A DNA stretch of 64,000 bases from Gemmatimonadaceae bacterium (GCA_040901985.1 JBBDYC010000011.1:36897-100896); one strand, 5' to 3'. Shown: positions 19,927-32,030, numbered from the stretch's first letter. Numbers and translations: made by a program. Notes: generated by a model not told the origin, from the sequence alone.

Positions 19927-21539
19927 GAGCGACGGCCCTTCTCCTCGGAGCGGTGATCGGCCTCGGCTGTCAGCCCCAGGCTTCGATGCCGCCGGCACCG
20001 CTGGCGACCGACGACACCGCCTCCGGCGCCGCCACCGACACCGCCACCGCGACCCTGATGCCGCGGATCCTGACCGAGACGCTCCGGCCACCGGCGCCGA
20101 CGGCCACGCCGGTGGGCAATCGGCCGGCGCCGCCAGCCCTGCACGCCCTCGGGTCGTTCATAGACTCGCTCGTCAGCGATCCGATGTTCCAGTCGGCGCA
20201 CTGGGGGGTGCTGATCTACGACCCCGCCCTCGGCGACACGCTCTACTCGGCGAACGCCGGCAAACTCTTCCTTCCGGCGTCGAACATCAAGCTGATCATC
20301 GGCGCGGTCGCGCTCGCGCAGCTCGGCGCCGACTACCGCTATCCGACGTGGCTCCTCGGCCGTGCGCCCGGCCGCGACGGCACGATGCGCGGCGACCTGG
20401 TGGTGATCGGGCGCGGCGACCCGTCGGTGAGCGATTCGCTCGCCGGAGACGCGATGCGGCCATTGCGCGAGTTCGCCGACTCGCTGGCCGCGCGCGGCGT
20501 GAAGCACATTGCGGGACGGCTGATCCGCGGCGCCGACGCGTTTCCCGACTCGACCCTCGGACGCGGGTGGGCCTGGGACGGGCTGGACGAAGGCTATTCG
20601 GCGCCGGTGGACGAGCTGCTCTTCAACGAGGGGTTCGCCCGCGTGACGGTGTTCGGTGGCGCGCGCCCGGGAGACCCGGTGCGCGTGCGCACGGCACCGG
20701 CGAAGACGGTACCGCAACTCGGCGTGGTGGACGTGGTCACCGACCGGAACTGCTGCCTGATCCGGTCGCGCGTGACGTGGACGGGCGACGTGCGCGGCGC
20801 ACGCCCGACGCTCTCGCTGCAGGGCACGGTGCGCGTACACGACTCGGTCACGGTGAACGTCGCGCTGCGGAACCCCGCCGGCGCGTACCTCGATGCGCTG
20901 GCAGAGGCACTGGGCGAGCGCGGAATCACGGTCGGGGGCGGCGTCGAGCCCAACGCGCTCGGCGACACGATCGGCCTCTTGACGCTTGCCACCCGCCGCT
21001 CGCCGCCCCTCGCGGCAATCCTGACGGCGTTCCAGAAGCCGTCGCAGAACCAGATTGGCGAGATCCTGCTCAAAACCCTCGGCCTCGAACGGACCGGCGT
21101 CGGGACCGCCGACAGTGGGCGCGCGGTCGTGACGCGGCAGTTGGCGGCGTGGGGCCTCGACTCCGCCGGCCACGAGGTGCGGGACGGCAGCGGACTCTCG
21201 CGACACAACTTTCTCACGCCGCAGACGATTGTGCGCGTCCTTGAGGTGATGCGGACGCGCGACGATTTCGGCGTCTTCTTTGATGCGCTCCCGATCGGCG
21301 GGGTGGACGGGACGATCCGCGAGCGGCTGCGCGGCACGCTCGCGTACGACAACGTGCGGGCCAAGACGGGGACCCTCGACAAGGCCCGTGCGCTGTCCGG
21401 ATACGTCACCAGCGCTGACGGCCACGTGCTGATCTTCTCGCTTCTCGCCAACAATCACGTCGTGCCGACGCGCGAAGTGGAGCGGGTGCAGGACGCGGTG
21501 GTGGCGTACCTCGCGGCGATGGACGCGGGCCGCCGCTGA
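19923..21539 (+). CDS. dacB: D-Ala-D-Ala carboxypeptidase/endopeptidase (PBP4, peptidase S13), probable lipoprotein
   Basis: PASNIK (SxxK), SQN (SxN), DGSGLSR, AKTGTL; LGC lipobox. Confidence 0.93.
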   Translation: MRATALLLGAVIGLGCQPQASMPPAPLATDDTASGAATDTATATLMPRILTETLRPPAPTATPVGNRPAPPALHALGSFIDSLVSDPMFQSAHWGVLIYDPALGDTLYSANAGKLFLPASNIKLIIGAVALAQLGADYRYPTWLLGRAPGRDGTMRGDLVVIGRGDPSVSDSLAGDAMRPLREFADSLAARGVKHIAGRLIRGADAFPDSTLGRGWAWDGLDEGYSAPVDELLFNEGFARVTVFGGARPGDPVRVRTAPAKTVPQLGVVDVVTDRNCCLIRSRVTWTGDVRGARPTLSLQGTVRVHDSVTVNVALRNPAGAYLDALAEALGERGITVGGGVEPNALGDTIGLLTLATRRSPPLAAILTAFQKPSQNQIGEILLKTLGLERTGVGTADSGRAVVTRQLAAWGLDSAGHEVRDGSGLSRHNFLTPQTIVRVLEVMRTRDDFGVFFDALPIGGVDGTIRERLRGTLAYDNVRAKTGTLDKARALSGYVTSADGHVLIFSLLANNHVVPTREVERVQDAVVAYLAAMDAGRR

Positions 21540-22795
21540 TGCTATCGGTCGGCGAGGCGGCTGAGCGGATCACGGCGGCCGTCGCGCCGCTGGAGCACGA
21601 GAGGGTCGCGCTCGCCGATGCACTCGGCGCGGTGCTGGCGGCCGACGTCGTCTCCCCCGTCACGCTGCCGCACTGGAACAACTCGGCGATGGACGGCTAC
21701 GCCGTGCGTGCCGCCGACATCGCGGGGGCGAGCGGCGACGCGCCGGTGACGCTCCCGGTGATGGGCACGATCGCGGCCGGCGCCCTGCCCCAGCGGCCGC
21801 TCGAACGCGGCGAGGCCGTCCGGATCATGACTGGCGCGCCGCTCCCCGACGGCGCTGACAGCGTCGTGCGGGTCGAGGACACCGACGCGGGGACGGACCG
21901 TGTGCGGATCAACGCGGATCGCGACGCCGGCAAGAACGTCCGGCAGCGCGGCGAGGACATCAGCGCCGGGGCAACGGCGCTGCCGAAGGGAATCCCGCTC
22001 GGCGCGGCCCAACTTGGCGTGCTGGCCAGCATCGGCGCGGGCGTGGTGCCGGTGCATCGCCGGCCGCGAGTGGCGATCCTCGGGTCGGGCGACGAACTCG
22101 TGGACCTCGACGAGTTCGACGAGGTCCTTGCCGGCAGGCGCATCGTCAGCTCCAATCGCTACACGCTCGCGGCGCTCGTGCAGCTCTCCGGGGGCGTTCC
22201 GCTCCCCCTTGGCCACGCGCGCGATTCGCTCGCCGAGGTCCGGGCGCTGTTGGAACGCGCGGTCGCCGAAGGCGCCGACCTCATCGTGACCTCGGCCGGC
22301 GTCTCGGTGGGCGAGCACGATCACACGCGCGCGGCGGTGGAGGAACTCGGCACCGCGCTCGATTTCTGGCGCGTCCGGATGCGCCCGGGCGCGCCGCTGG
22401 GGTTTGGCCGCGTGCGCGGGATCCCCTGGGTCGGGCTGCCGGGGAATCCGGTCTCGGCGATGGTGACGTTCGAGCTGTTCGTCCGGCCGGCGGTGCGACG
22501 GATGCTCGGCCACACGCGCGTCCACCGGCGACCGGTGCGCGTCACGCTCGAGGAGCCGGTGAGCATCGGCGCCAGGCTGACGCACTTCTACCGGGCCATC
22601 GTGACGCCGCGCGCGGACGGCACGCTCGGTGCGCGGCTCACCGGACCGCAGGGCTCGGGAATCCTGACGTCAATGTCGCTGGCCAACGCGCTGCTCGTGG
22701 TGCCGGAGGACCGGACGACCGTGGCGGCCGGGGAGACGCTCTCGGCGCTCCTCCTCGGCGACGACGCGGGCCTGACGGATACCTTTGCGCTCTGA
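21539..22795 (+). CDS. moeA: Molybdopterin molybdotransferase
   Basis: SAMDGYA, IMTGAPLP, GVSVG, LPGNPVS. Confidence 0.95.
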   Translation: MLSVGEAAERITAAVAPLEHERVALADALGAVLAADVVSPVTLPHWNNSAMDGYAVRAADIAGASGDAPVTLPVMGTIAAGALPQRPLERGEAVRIMTGAPLPDGADSVVRVEDTDAGTDRVRINADRDAGKNVRQRGEDISAGATALPKGIPLGAAQLGVLASIGAGVVPVHRRPRVAILGSGDELVDLDEFDEVLAGRRIVSSNRYTLAALVQLSGGVPLPLGHARDSLAEVRALLERAVAEGADLIVTSAGVSVGEHDHTRAAVEELGTALDFWRVRMRPGAPLGFGRVRGIPWVGLPGNPVSAMVTFELFVRPAVRRMLGHTRVHRRPVRVTLEEPVSIGARLTHFYRAIVTPRADGTLGARLTGPQGSGILTSMSLANALLVVPEDRTTVAAGETLSALLLGDDAGLTDTFAL

Positions 22796-23501
22796 GCTCG
22801 CCGCACTCGACCGGGAGTTCGTCCTCGACACCAAGGTGGTGGACGTCGAGGGGTGGCCGGTGCGACTGGAAAAGCCGCGGAACTCCGACGACCTGATCAG
22901 CGAGGCGGACTACGCAAAGGACGAGCGGCTGCCGTATTGGGCGGACCTCTGGCCCTCGGCGGAGTCGCTGGCGCGGCACCTCGTGCGGACGGGCGTGGAC
23001 GACGAGCGGGGGCGCGCCGCGGTCGGCGATGCTTTGCCCACCGCCCTTGAACTCGGCTGCGGCATTGGCCTGGTGACGATTGCCGCGATGCGCGCCGGCT
23101 ACCGGGTGACCGGCACCGACTATTACGCCGACGCGCTGCGATTCACGGCCCGGAACGCGCTCGCCAACGTCGGCGTCGAGCCGGCCACGCGCCACGTGGA
23201 CTGGCGCGCGCTGCCGGACGACCTCGGGCTGTTCGACCTCGTGCTGGCGGCCGACGTGCTCTACGAGCGACCGTACGCGCCGCTGGTGGCCGCGGCGATC
23301 GCACGGACCCTCGCGCCAGGTGGTGTGGCGCTGGTGGCCGACCAGGGCCGGGTCGGCCTCGAGGCGTTCCTCGCGGCGACCGTGGAGCACGGACTCGCGC
23401 ACCGGACGCTACTCACCGAACGCCCGACGGTCGGCCCGCCGGGCGATCCCACTGCGCCGGGCCCGACCGTCACGCTCTACGAGCTGCGCTGGGCGCCGTA
23501 A
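22785..23501 (+). CDS. Class I SAM-dependent methyltransferase (Methyltransf_16-like)
   Basis: PYWADLWPS, LELGCGIG, AADVLYE. Confidence 0.85.
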   Translation: MRSELAALDREFVLDTKVVDVEGWPVRLEKPRNSDDLISEADYAKDERLPYWADLWPSAESLARHLVRTGVDDERGRAAVGDALPTALELGCGIGLVTIAAMRAGYRVTGTDYYADALRFTARNALANVGVEPATRHVDWRALPDDLGLFDLVLAADVLYERPYAPLVAAAIARTLAPGGVALVADQGRVGLEAFLAATVEHGLAHRTLLTERPTVGPPGDPTAPGPTVTLYELRWAP

Positions 23502-23544
23502 CCGCGCCGTGAAATCGGCGGCGCGCCGGCGCCAGGCACCCCCG

Positions 23545-23997
23545 CTACTCCAGCCCCCGCGGCGTCCCGAGGATTGTCATCAGCACGATCCCGCGTCGCG
23601 CATCCCGTGAGCTTTTTATCCAATCGCGCGCAGGGATGCCGCGTAGGCGGGCGCCGGCGCGTCGCGCCGGCGGCGGCAGAGGCGCGGCGGGACGAGGAGC
23701 CGGCGGCTCCAGCGATTCAAGCACAAACGGCACCGCGCGCGGCGGGGCCGACGGACGGACGGTCACCGGCCGCGGAAAGAGGACCGACGGCTCGAAGCCG
23801 TCGCGCCCCTTGCGCACGAGCGCAATCCAATCTTCCTCGTCGTCCTCCTCTTCGTCGGGCACTGCCACGCGACGACCGCGCCGAGCGGCCGACGGCGCGG
23901 CCGGCGGCGTGCCCGCCGCGCGCTTCCTGGCCCAGCGCACGAAGTAATCCCCCCCCGTGAAGAGGAGGATCAGGAGGACGATGATCAGTTGTTCCAT
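23545..23997 (-). CDS. Hypothetical membrane-anchored protein (YqfB positional equivalent)
   Basis: N-terminal TM and C-terminal ARRGIVLMTILGTPRGL; follows floA. Confidence 0.65.
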   Translation of the reverse strand: MEQLIIVLLILLFTGGDYFVRWARKRAAGTPPAAPSAARRGRRVAVPDEEEDDEEDWIALVRKGRDGFEPSVLFPRPVTVRPSAPPRAVPFVLESLEPPAPRPAAPLPPPARRAGARLRGIPARDWIKSSRDARRGIVLMTILGTPRGLE

Positions 23998-24009
23998 CGT
24001 CGGCGCGCC

Positions 24010-24981
24010 TTACCGGGCCTTGCCGGCGTCGGGCGCGTCGCCGCCGTGCGCGATGGACTCACGCATCTCGGTGTCGGCCTGGACGTTCTTCATCCGGTAG
24101 TAGTCCATAATGCCGAGGTTGCCCGCCTTGAACGCCTCGGCCATCGCGCGTGGCACCTCGGCCTCGGCCTCGACGACACGCGCCCGCATCTCCTGCTCGA
24201 GCGCGACGGCCATCGCGCGCCGCTCCTCGGCCTTCGCCTGCGCGATCTGCTTGTCCGCGTTGGCCTGGTCAATCTGCAGCTTGGCCCCGATGTTCTCGCC
24301 CACGTCAACGTCGGCGATGTCAATCGAGAGGATCTCGAACGCCGTCCCGGCGTCGAGCCCGCGGCTGAGGATGTGCTTGGAGATGTGGTCGGGGTTCTCG
24401 AGCACGTCCTTGTGCGACTCGGCCGATCCGATGGTGCTCACCATCCCCTCGCCGACGCGGGCGATCACCGTCTCCTCGCCGGCGCCGCCGACGAGCCGGT
24501 CAATGTTGGTGCGGACCGTCACCCGGGAGACGGCGATGAGCTGGATCCCGTTCTTGGCGATGGCCGCGATGCGCGGCGTCTCGATCACCTTCGGGATGAC
24601 CGACATCTTCACCGCCTCGAGCACGTCGCGGCCGGCGAGGTCAATCGCCGCCGCCCGCTTGAACGTGAGCGGGATGTTGGCCTTGTCCGCCGAGATGAGT
24701 GCATTCACCACCCGCACGACGTTGCCGCCGGCGAGGAAATGCGCCTCGAGGTCGTTGAGCGAGACCTCGAGCCCCGCCTTCACCGCGCTGATCCTGGCGG
24801 TGACGATCGTCGTCGGTGGCACGCGACGCAGCCGCATCGCGATGAGGGTCGGGAGTCCGACGTATGCCCCCGAGGCCCAGGCGGCAATCCAGAGATTGAC
24901 CGGCACGAAGAAGAGGAGAAGACCCAGTCCCGCGATCAGGAGGACGAGGAGGCCGATGCCCCCGCCGATGAGTTCGGTCAT
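24010..24981 (-). CDS. floA: Flotillin-like protein FloA (YqfA)
   Basis: [49 protein letters not shown]. Confidence 0.95.
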   Translation of the reverse strand: MTELIGGGIGLLVLLIAGLGLLLFFVPVNLWIAAWASGAYVGLPTLIAMRLRRVPPTTIVTARISAVKAGLEVSLNDLEAHFLAGGNVVRVVNALISADKANIPLTFKRAAAIDLAGRDVLEAVKMSVIPKVIETPRIAAIAKNGIQLIAVSRVTVRTNIDRLVGGAGEETVIARVGEGMVSTIGSAESHKDVLENPDHISKHILSRGLDAGTAFEILSIDIADVDVGENIGAKLQIDQANADKQIAQAKAEERRAMAVALEQEMRARVVEAEAEVPRAMAEAFKAGNLGIMDYYRMKNVQADTEMRESIAHGGDAPDAGKAR

Positions 24982-26369
24982 GACGTGTGCCCTTGCGTTG
25001 TGGCGTGGTGCGTCCGCACCACGATCCGGTTGCCGTCCAGCCGGCTGACCACCACGGTGGTGCCGGCGTCAATCATCTCACCATTCGAGACCACATCCAT
25101 CCGTTCGCCATCAATCTCGGCGATCCCCGCCGGCCGCAACGGCGTGCGGGCGATGCCCGTGCGGCCGAGGAGGGCGCCGCTCGGGGCGGACGGTACGTCG
25201 TCGCCACCCCCGGCCGCCAGGGCCGACTCGAGGACCAGGCGGCGCGTGACCGGCGTTCGCGCCAGCGATCGGAATATCAGCAGGGTGAGCGCCAGGCCCA
25301 TCAGCATCGAGATCGAGATCCGCCCGAGCGCACCCAGCACCGCCTGGATGGTCGCGCCGTGCCCCACCAGCCCCAGGGCAAGTCCGGCGACCACGGCGGC
25401 GATCCCCCCGACGCCGGCAATCCCGAATCCGGGAATCACGAAGACCTCGAGTCCGATCAACCCGAGGCCGACGATCACGAGCAGGATTTCCTCCCACCCG
25501 ACGAGCTGGACGACCCAATGCCCGCCCAGGACGAGGACGAGACTGGCCAGGCCGAGCGCACCGGGGAATCCGAAGCCCGGCGTGCGAATCTCGATGAGGA
25601 TGCCAATCATTGCCGCCGAGAGGAGGAGCGAGGCGACGATCGGGTGCGTGAGCAGGCGCACGAAGCGCTCGCCCCAGTTGGGCGTCTTGGTGCGCACCTC
25701 GGCGCCGGTCAGCTCGAGGTAGGCAAGCAGCGCGTCGAGGTCGTTGGCGACGTGGTCGGCGATCCCGTGCTTGAGCGCCTCCTCGGTCGTGAGCGTGAGG
25801 AGCTTCCCCTTGTCAATCAGGCCGGCGATCTCGACGTCAGCGTCCACCATCGCCTCGGCGATCTCCGGCGAGCGATTGCGCGTGTCGGCGGTGGCGCGGA
25901 ATTCCTTGCGCACGTAGGAGACGGACTTCTCCTCCACCGGCGTCGCCTCGCCGCCCGGCGCCCCGATCTGGACCGGGGTGGCGGCGCCGATCGTGCCACC
26001 GTCGGTCATCACGATGCGCTCGGAGGCGAGACTGATCAGCGCGCCGGCGGAGATGGCGCGCCGATTCACCCAAGCGACCGAGCGGACCGGCGATGAGAGG
26101 AGCGCGTCGCGGATCGCGACCGCGGCATCAAGCCGGCCGCCAAAGGTGTTGATGTCGAGGATCACCGCCGACGCGCCTTCGCGTTGCGCCTCCCGCAGAA
26201 CCCGGTCCACGAACGGGGCGAGCCCGAGATCAATCATCCCCTCGATCGGGATGACCTGCACGTGCTGGCGCGCCGGCGGCTGCGCGGCCGGCGGCGATCC
26301 GGACAGCGCGACGACGGCGAGACCGGCGATCGCAAGGCCGCGCACGGCGCGGAGACCTGACATTCGCAT
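24978..26369 (-). CDS. nfeD: Long NfeD (YqeZ-like) membrane serine protease
   Basis: [29 protein letters not shown]-terminal OB fold. Confidence 0.92.
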   Translation of the reverse strand: MRMSGLRAVRGLAIAGLAVVALSGSPPAAQPPARQHVQVIPIEGMIDLGLAPFVDRVLREAQREGASAVILDINTFGGRLDAAVAIRDALLSSPVRSVAWVNRRAISAGALISLASERIVMTDGGTIGAATPVQIGAPGGEATPVEEKSVSYVRKEFRATADTRNRSPEIAEAMVDADVEIAGLIDKGKLLTLTTEEALKHGIADHVANDLDALLAYLELTGAEVRTKTPNWGERFVRLLTHPIVASLLLSAAMIGILIEIRTPGFGFPGALGLASLVLVLGGHWVVQLVGWEEILLVIVGLGLIGLEVFVIPGFGIAGVGGIAAVVAGLALGLVGHGATIQAVLGALGRISISMLMGLALTLLIFRSLARTPVTRRLVLESALAAGGGDDVPSAPSGALLGRTGIARTPLRPAGIAEIDGERMDVVSNGEMIDAGTTVVVSRLDGNRIVVRTHHATTQGHTS

Positions 26370-26473
26370 CTGCTGCCACCTCAAGGTGGTGAAGGGAGGT
26401 GCCTCCAAGTTACGCCGCGGCCCCGACGCGCGACAGCGCGGCGTCCGCCGCACACCGCCCCGTCCGGGGCCCG

Positions 26474-26956
26474 TCACCAGCGTCGCACCCGGCGCGCGTA
26501 CCCGGCGTACGTCTCACCGAACTTCCGTTCCAGGTACGCCTCCTCGCGCGCGATCACAAAGGCGTTCGTCGCGGCGATGGCCGGAATCACCATCAGCACC
26601 ACGGCCAGCCGGTCGGTCCAGAGCCCGAGTCCGAGCTGAAGCAGCGCGAAGCCGAGGTAGATCGGGTTCCGCGAGACCGCGTAGGGCCCGCTCGTGACGA
26701 TCGCGGTGGTCGGCCGCCAGGGATAGACGGCGGTCTGGTGCCGCCTGAGGACGTGCGCCGCCCAGCTCACCAGGATGAGCGCCATTGCGGTGATGGCGGC
26801 GCCGAACATCCACCACCCGTCGGGCCGCGCCGCCACCGGCCGCAGCCAGTGCACGAACACGCCGAACGCCGTCGCGATCACGAAGATCAGCGGCGGCGGG
26901 AACCGCAGCCCGGGGTGGTCAGGCAAGTCGTTGGGCAACGACTTCGGCAATGTCAT
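26474..26956 (-). CDS. Isoprenylcysteine carboxyl methyltransferase family membrane protein
   Basis: [26 protein letters not shown]. The true start may be TTG 26926. Confidence 0.85.
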   Translation of the reverse strand: MTLPKSLPNDLPDHPGLRFPPPLIFVIATAFGVFVHWLRPVAARPDGWWMFGAAITAMALILVSWAAHVLRRHQTAVYPWRPTTAIVTSGPYAVSRNPIYLGFALLQLGLGLWTDRLAVVLMVIPAIAATNAFVIAREEAYLERKFGETYAGYARRVRRW

Positions 26957-28931
26957 AGACGGGCACCTCGCTCCCCTTTGCCTTCACGCCGTCGGCCATC
27001 ATCGTCATGCAGAACGGGCAGGCCACGGCCACCGCGCCAGCGTCCGTGGCCAGCGCCTCCTCGGCGCGCTCGACGTTGATCCGCTTGCCGACTTTCTCCT
27101 CCATCCACATCCGCCCGCCACCGGCGCCGCAGCAGAGCCCCTTGTCCCTGCTGCGCGGCATCTCGACGAGGTTCACCAGCGGAAGCGCGCGCCGGAGCGT
27201 GTCGCGTGGCGCGTCGTAGACACCATTGTAGCGCCCGAGATAGCACGAGTCGTGATAGGTGAAGGTGGCCACCGCGCCGTCCAGCTCCTCGCGGCCCTTC
27301 ATCGGCACGCGCCCCTCGGCCAGCAGGTGCTCGATGTAGGTCGAGTGGTGCACGACGTCGTAGTTGCCGCCGAACTGCGGATACTCGCTCCCCAACTGAT
27401 GGAAGCAGTGCGGGCAGGCCGTGACGACGGTCTTCACGCCGTAGCGGCCGAGCGTCTCGACGTTGTCCCTGGCGAGCGTCTGGTAGAGGTACTCGTTCCC
27501 CATCCGCCGCGCGGGATCGCCGTTGCACTTCTCCTCCTGGCCGAGGATCGCGAAGCGCACGCCGGCCGCCTGGAGGATCCGCGCAAAGGCGACGGTGGTC
27601 CGCTTGGCGCGGTCGTCGAACGACCCCATGCAGCCGACCCAGTAGAGGACCTCGGGGCTCTCGCCTCGCGCCGCGAGCTCGGCCATCGTCGGGATGTCGA
27701 GGCCGTCCGCCCACCGCGCGCGGTCCCCCGGGTCGAACGCCCACGGCGAGCCGCTCGTCTCGAGCGACTCGAAGGCCGGCGTCATCTCCTCGGGGAAGCG
27801 CGACTCCGAGAGCACGAGGTTGCGCCGCAACTCGTTGATCACCGAGAGCTGGTCAATCGAGACCGGGCACTCGTACACGCAGGCGCGGCACGAGGTGCAG
27901 GCCCAGAGCTCCTCGTCCGTGATGTAGTCGCCGAGCAGTGTGCGGGTGTCGCCGCCGGCGGCCTTCTCCTCGAGCCGCTCGCGCACGTTGATCATGATCT
28001 TGCGCGGGCTGAGCAACTTCCCGGTGATGTTGGCGGGGCAGACGCTCGTGCAGCGGCCGCACTCGGTGCAGGCAAAGCCGTCGAGGAGCGACTTCCAGCT
28101 CAGGTGCTCCACGTCCTTCGCCCCGAACTGCTCGGCATCGGCGCCCTCGAAGTCCATCGGCCGCATCGCGCCGATCGTCCCCGGGCCGCTGGTGTTGGCG
28201 AGGAAGGTGTTGGGCAGCGACACGACGACGTGCAGGTGCTTGGAATAGGGCAGGTAGTTCAGGAACCCGAGCACGAGGAGCGCGTGGGCCCACCAGAAGC
28301 CCTCGTGCATCGCCACCACGCTTGGGAAGCCCAGCCCGAGTCCGAACTCGACGATGAACCGCGCCAGCGGATAGCTGACCGGCCGCGCCGACGCCATCAC
28401 CAGCGGCTCGGCGGCCATCAGGAACGCCGTCGAGAGGAACATCGTGACCATCAGCGCGGCGATCCAGGTCAGGATCAGCAGCGGGTCGTTCGGATGCGTC
28501 TCGGCGCCGAGCAGGCGCTTGACGCGCCGGGTCAGCCGACGCCACAGCGCGAAGCCGACGGCGACGAGCACGACCGCCGCGACGGCCTCCTGGCTCACGA
28601 GATAGAGGTGGTAGAGCCGCTCGGGGAGGAAGTTCCCGACACTGAAGCGCGGGAAGATCCCCTCGACGATCATCTCCGTCGTGCTCGCGCCGAGGACGAG
28701 GAAGCCCCAGAAGATCGCGGCGTGCATCGGCCCGGCGATCGAGTCGCGGAAGATCTTCTGCTGGAAGATCCCGATCCGCAGGAAGTTCCAGAGGCGCGTG
28801 GGCCACTCGTTCCAGCGGACGTCGTCGAGACGCCCGATGCGGAGCTCGCCGACCAGGCGCTGGACGTTGAACGCGAAGAACCCGACGGCGAGGATGACGA
28901 TGCCGAGGAAGAGCGCGTTCGCGGCGGTCAC
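26919..28931 (-). CDS. Membrane Fe-S oxidoreductase (FadF/EtfD/EMO-like; TM + 4Fe-4S + two CCG domains)
   Basis: TM helices with His residues, [39 protein letters not shown]. Confidence 0.9.
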   Translation of the reverse strand: MTAANALFLGIVILAVGFFAFNVQRLVGELRIGRLDDVRWNEWPTRLWNFLRIGIFQQKIFRDSIAGPMHAAIFWGFLVLGASTTEMIVEGIFPRFSVGNFLPERLYHLYLVSQEAVAAVVLVAVGFALWRRLTRRVKRLLGAETHPNDPLLILTWIAALMVTMFLSTAFLMAAEPLVMASARPVSYPLARFIVEFGLGLGFPSVVAMHEGFWWAHALLVLGFLNYLPYSKHLHVVVSLPNTFLANTSGPGTIGAMRPMDFEGADAEQFGAKDVEHLSWKSLLDGFACTECGRCTSVCPANITGKLLSPRKIMINVRERLEEKAAGGDTRTLLGDYITDEELWACTSCRACVYECPVSIDQLSVINELRRNLVLSESRFPEEMTPAFESLETSGSPWAFDPGDRARWADGLDIPTMAELAARGESPEVLYWVGCMGSFDDRAKRTTVAFARILQAAGVRFAILGQEEKCNGDPARRMGNEYLYQTLARDNVETLGRYGVKTVVTACPHCFHQLGSEYPQFGGNYDVVHHSTYIEHLLAEGRVPMKGREELDGAVATFTYHDSCYLGRYNGVYDAPRDTLRRALPLVNLVEMPRSRDKGLCCGAGGGRMWMEEKVGKRINVERAEEALATDAGAVAVACPFCMTMMADGVKAKGSEVPVYDIAEVVAQRLA

Positions 28932-28935
28932 CGGG

Positions 28936-29919
28936 TCACCCCGCCCTGGCCTTCTTCACGGCGTCGGTGAGCACGGGGAGGACCTGGAGCACGTCCCCAA
29001 CGATCCCGTAGTCGGCGATCTTGAAGATCGGCGCCTCCTTGTCCTTGTTGATCGCGACGATCGTCTTGCTCGTCCGCATCCCGGCGAGGTGCTGGATGGC
29101 GCCGGAGATGCCGCAGGCCACGTAGAGGTCGGGACTCACGAGGCGGCCGGTCTGGCCGATCTGGTCGGCGGGCGGGCGCCAGCCGTCGTCCGTCACCGCG
29201 CGCGTGGCGCCAACGGCGGCGTTGCCGAACGCGGCGGCGAGGTCCTCGACGAGCTTGAAGTTCGCCGCCTCCTTGAGCCCGCGGCCGCCCGAGATGATCA
29301 CCCGCGCCTCGCCGAGGTCGTGCTTGGCGGCGTTGCCGGCGGTGGTCTCGGTGACCTTCACGCGACTGGCGCCGGGGTCGCCGGCGGGTGCCATCGTCTC
29401 GACGGCGCCCGCCTTGGCATCGGACTTCGGGAGATAGGCGCCGGGCCGGACCGAGATCACGGCCGGCGTGGCGGTGAGCGTGACCGTCTGCATCACCTTG
29501 CCCGTGTAGCCGGGATGCACGGCACTGATCGCGCCTCCCTTCACCTCAAAGGACGTCACGTCGGCCGCGAGCGGCACGCCGAGCTTGGCGGCGACCCGCG
29601 GCGCGATGTCCTTGCCGGTTGCCGATGCCGTGCAGAGAAAGGTGCCGTAACTCCCGGATTTCATTCGCGCGGCGATCGTCGTGCTCACCGCCTCGGGGTT
29701 GTTCTGCGCGAACGCGGCGTGCTCGACGACGACCACGGCGTCGGCGCCGTGTGCCCCGAGCGGCGGCGCCTTGGCGCCGATCCCCGGCGCGCCGAAGATG
29801 ATGGCGTGGACCTGGCCGCCCGACGCATCGGCGACGATCCGGGCGGCAGTGACTGCCTCGAGCGCGGCACGGCGGAGGTCGCCGCCGCGCGCCTCGGCAA
29901 AGGCGAGGACGTTCGTCAC
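28936..29919 (-). CDS. etfA: Electron transfer flavoprotein alpha subunit
   Basis: [28 protein letters not shown]. Confidence 0.97.
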   Translation of the reverse strand: MTNVLAFAEARGGDLRRAALEAVTAARIVADASGGQVHAIIFGAPGIGAKAPPLGAHGADAVVVVEHAAFAQNNPEAVSTTIAARMKSGSYGTFLCTASATGKDIAPRVAAKLGVPLAADVTSFEVKGGAISAVHPGYTGKVMQTVTLTATPAVISVRPGAYLPKSDAKAGAVETMAPAGDPGASRVKVTETTAGNAAKHDLGEARVIISGGRGLKEAANFKLVEDLAAAFGNAAVGATRAVTDDGWRPPADQIGQTGRLVSPDLYVACGISGAIQHLAGMRTSKTIVAINKDKEAPIFKIADYGIVGDVLQVLPVLTDAVKKARAG

Positions 29920-30671
29920 GAGAGCACCTTCGCTTCTTCCTTGAGGAGGCGCACGAGCTCGGGCACCGCGTCGGGACCCTCGCCGATGATCCGGCCGCCG
30001 GTGCGCTCGGGCGGAAGCGCCATCGCAGTGAGCGTGAGCCGTTCGGCCGGCAGCTGCGCGGGCTTGGTCTCGAGCGGCTTCTTCTTGGCGGCCATTATCC
30101 CCTTCAGCGAGGGATACCGCGGCCGCGCGATGCCCTCGTCAATCGTGACCACCGCCGGGAGCGCGCACTCGACCAGCTCGAACGCGCCCTCGAGCTCGCG
30201 GCGCATCCTGGCCGTACCGCCGTCGAACTCGAGCTTGCTGATGGCGGTCACGCAGGGAAGGCCGAGCAGCTCGGCGGCGATCGCGCCGACCGCGCCGTGC
30301 GCGGTGTCAATGCTCATCCGGCCGAACATCACGAGGTCGTAGCCGCCGCCCTTCAACTCGGCGGCGAGCGCGCTCGCCACGGCAAACGAGTCCACCGGCG
30401 CCCCATCGTGTCTGAGTTGCACCGCGCGATCGGCGCCCATTGACATCGCCTTGCGCAACGTCTCCTGGACCACGTCGCCGCCAAGCGAGATCACGACAAC
30501 CTCGCCGGCATTGAGCTTCTCCTTGATCTGCAGCGCGGCCTCGACGGCGTAGCCGTCGAAGTCAGAGATGTCGAACTTCAGGCCCGCCTCATCCACGGCC
30601 TTGCCGGAGGCGGCGATCTTGAAGCGGACGTCCATATCGGGGACGCGCTTGAGGCAGACAGCGATCTTCAA
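29916..30671 (-). CDS. etfB: Electron transfer flavoprotein beta subunit
   Basis: KIAVCLKRVPD, MGADRA, PRYPSLKGIMAAKKK. Confidence 0.96.
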   Translation of the reverse strand: MKIAVCLKRVPDMDVRFKIAASGKAVDEAGLKFDISDFDGYAVEAALQIKEKLNAGEVVVISLGGDVVQETLRKAMSMGADRAVQLRHDGAPVDSFAVASALAAELKGGGYDLVMFGRMSIDTAHGAVGAIAAELLGLPCVTAISKLEFDGGTARMRRELEGAFELVECALPAVVTIDEGIARPRYPSLKGIMAAKKKPLETKPAQLPAERLTLTAMALPPERTGGRIIGEGPDAVPELVRLLKEEAKVLS

Positions 30672-30719
30672 TGGGCATCCGGGTTACGGTGGTGCGGAAA
30701 GATACCTCCCACCTCTTAC

Positions 30720-32030
30720 CTACATAAGCGGTGCCAACTCCGCTCGGGTGAGCGCTCCGCGATGGCGATTGAGCATCAGGATTGACGCGCCCGCGAAGGC
30801 TATCCCTGCCCAGAGAAGCGGCGGGGGTCCGATCCCCGACCAGAGCATCCACGCCGCGACGCCGCCGAGCGTGAGGTGGCGGGCGGTCTCCAGCGTGCCG
30901 GCCCATCGCGCGCCCTCGAAGACGCCGCCGACGCCGGCGAGCGCGACGGCGACGTAGAACCCCGCCGCCGCCGCGTGCGGGAGTGGAAGCGAGTCGGCGC
31001 GCTGCAGCACGAGGAAGGCGGCCACGAGCGCCACTGCGAACTGCGCGAAGCCATACCACGCAAGCGGCGACGGGACCGGCGGGTCGTACTTCTCGAAGGT
31101 CGCGGCGTCCACCGGCTTGGGTCGCTCGCTTTCCCCCAGCTTGGGTGGCGTCCATCCGGGCCGGCCGAAGACGATCCGCGCCTTGTCGCGCCAGCGGGTC
31201 GCGCGCCAGGCATCGCGTGCGATCTGCACGAAGACGTGCACGTTGGCCCAGAGCGGATTCCAGCTCCGGAGCGGCTTCGTGATGCCGTAGGTCGGCTCCT
31301 CCTCCTCCGGCTGGAAGGTCCCGAACCACTTGTCGAACACGATGAAGACGCCGGCGTAGTTCCGGTCCTGATACTTCGGGTCCACGCCGTGGTGCACGCG
31401 GTGATGCGAGGGCGTGTTGAGCACCGCCTCGGCGAGGCGCCCCATCCGGCCGATTGCCCGCGTGTGGATCCAGAACTGGTAGACGAGGTTGAGCGCGTTG
31501 GCGGCGACGAACATCCGCCACGGCACGCCGATCAACGCCAGCGGGATATAGAACACCCACGACATCAGTCCATGGAGCGAACTCTGCCGGAGCGCCACCG
31601 GCAGGTTGTACTCCTCGCTCGAGTGGTGCACCACGTGTCCCGCCCAGAGGATGTTGATCTCGTGGGCGAACCGGTGCGACCAGTAGTAGCAGAAGTCCAC
31701 GAGGACGAAGATGACGATCCAGCTGAGCAGCGCCGCGGTGTCCACGACGAAGCCGGGAAAGGCGTCGGCGCCGACGACGGGCGCGCGCTCGGGCCACGCG
31801 GGGATCTGCGGGATCAGCCGCTGGATCGGGGCCCGCGTGCCGACCCAGATGAAGATCCCGATCGTCAGGAGTTTCGTGAAGATCCCCGAGAGCTGCATCA
31901 GGATCCCGCAGCTCAGGTCGGCGAGCGAGTCGTTCAGGCGCATCACCCGGCGCCCCGTCGTGCGGCTCCAGAGGAGCTCGGCCACGATGAGGAGAAAGAA
32001 GAGCGGGATTGACGCCTGGATGATGGCCAT
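30720..32030 (-). CDS. Sterol desaturase / alkylglycerol monooxygenase-like membrane di-iron enzyme
   Basis: His boxes YYWSHR..H, HVVHHSSEEYNL, QFWIH, HHRVHH; extra C-terminal TM region. Confidence 0.88.
   Translation of the reverse strand: MAIIQASIPLFFLLIVAELLWSRTTGRRVMRLNDSLADLSCGILMQLSGIFTKLLTIGIFIWVGTRAPIQRLIPQIPAWPERAPVVGADAFPGFVVDTAALLSWIVIFVLVDFCYYWSHRFAHEINILWAGHVVHHSSEEYNLPVALRQSSLHGLMSWVFYIPLALIGVPWRMFVAANALNLVYQFWIHTRAIGRMGRLAEAVLNTPSHHRVHHGVDPKYQDRNYAGVFIVFDKWFGTFQPEEEEPTYGITKPLRSWNPLWANVHVFVQIARDAWRATRWRDKARIVFGRPGWTPPKLGESERPKPVDAATFEKYDPPVPSPLAWYGFAQFAVALVAAFLVLQRADSLPLPHAAAAGFYVAVALAGVGGVFEGARWAGTLETARHLTLGGVAAWMLWSGIGPPPLLWAGIAFAGASILMLNRHRGALTRAELAPLM

Noticed and set aside
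26370..26473. SigW-type promoter upstream of nfeD-floA (a SigW-regulon operon in B. subtilis)
   Set aside because: A CGTA is present on the minus strand but there is no TGAAAC at the right spacing.
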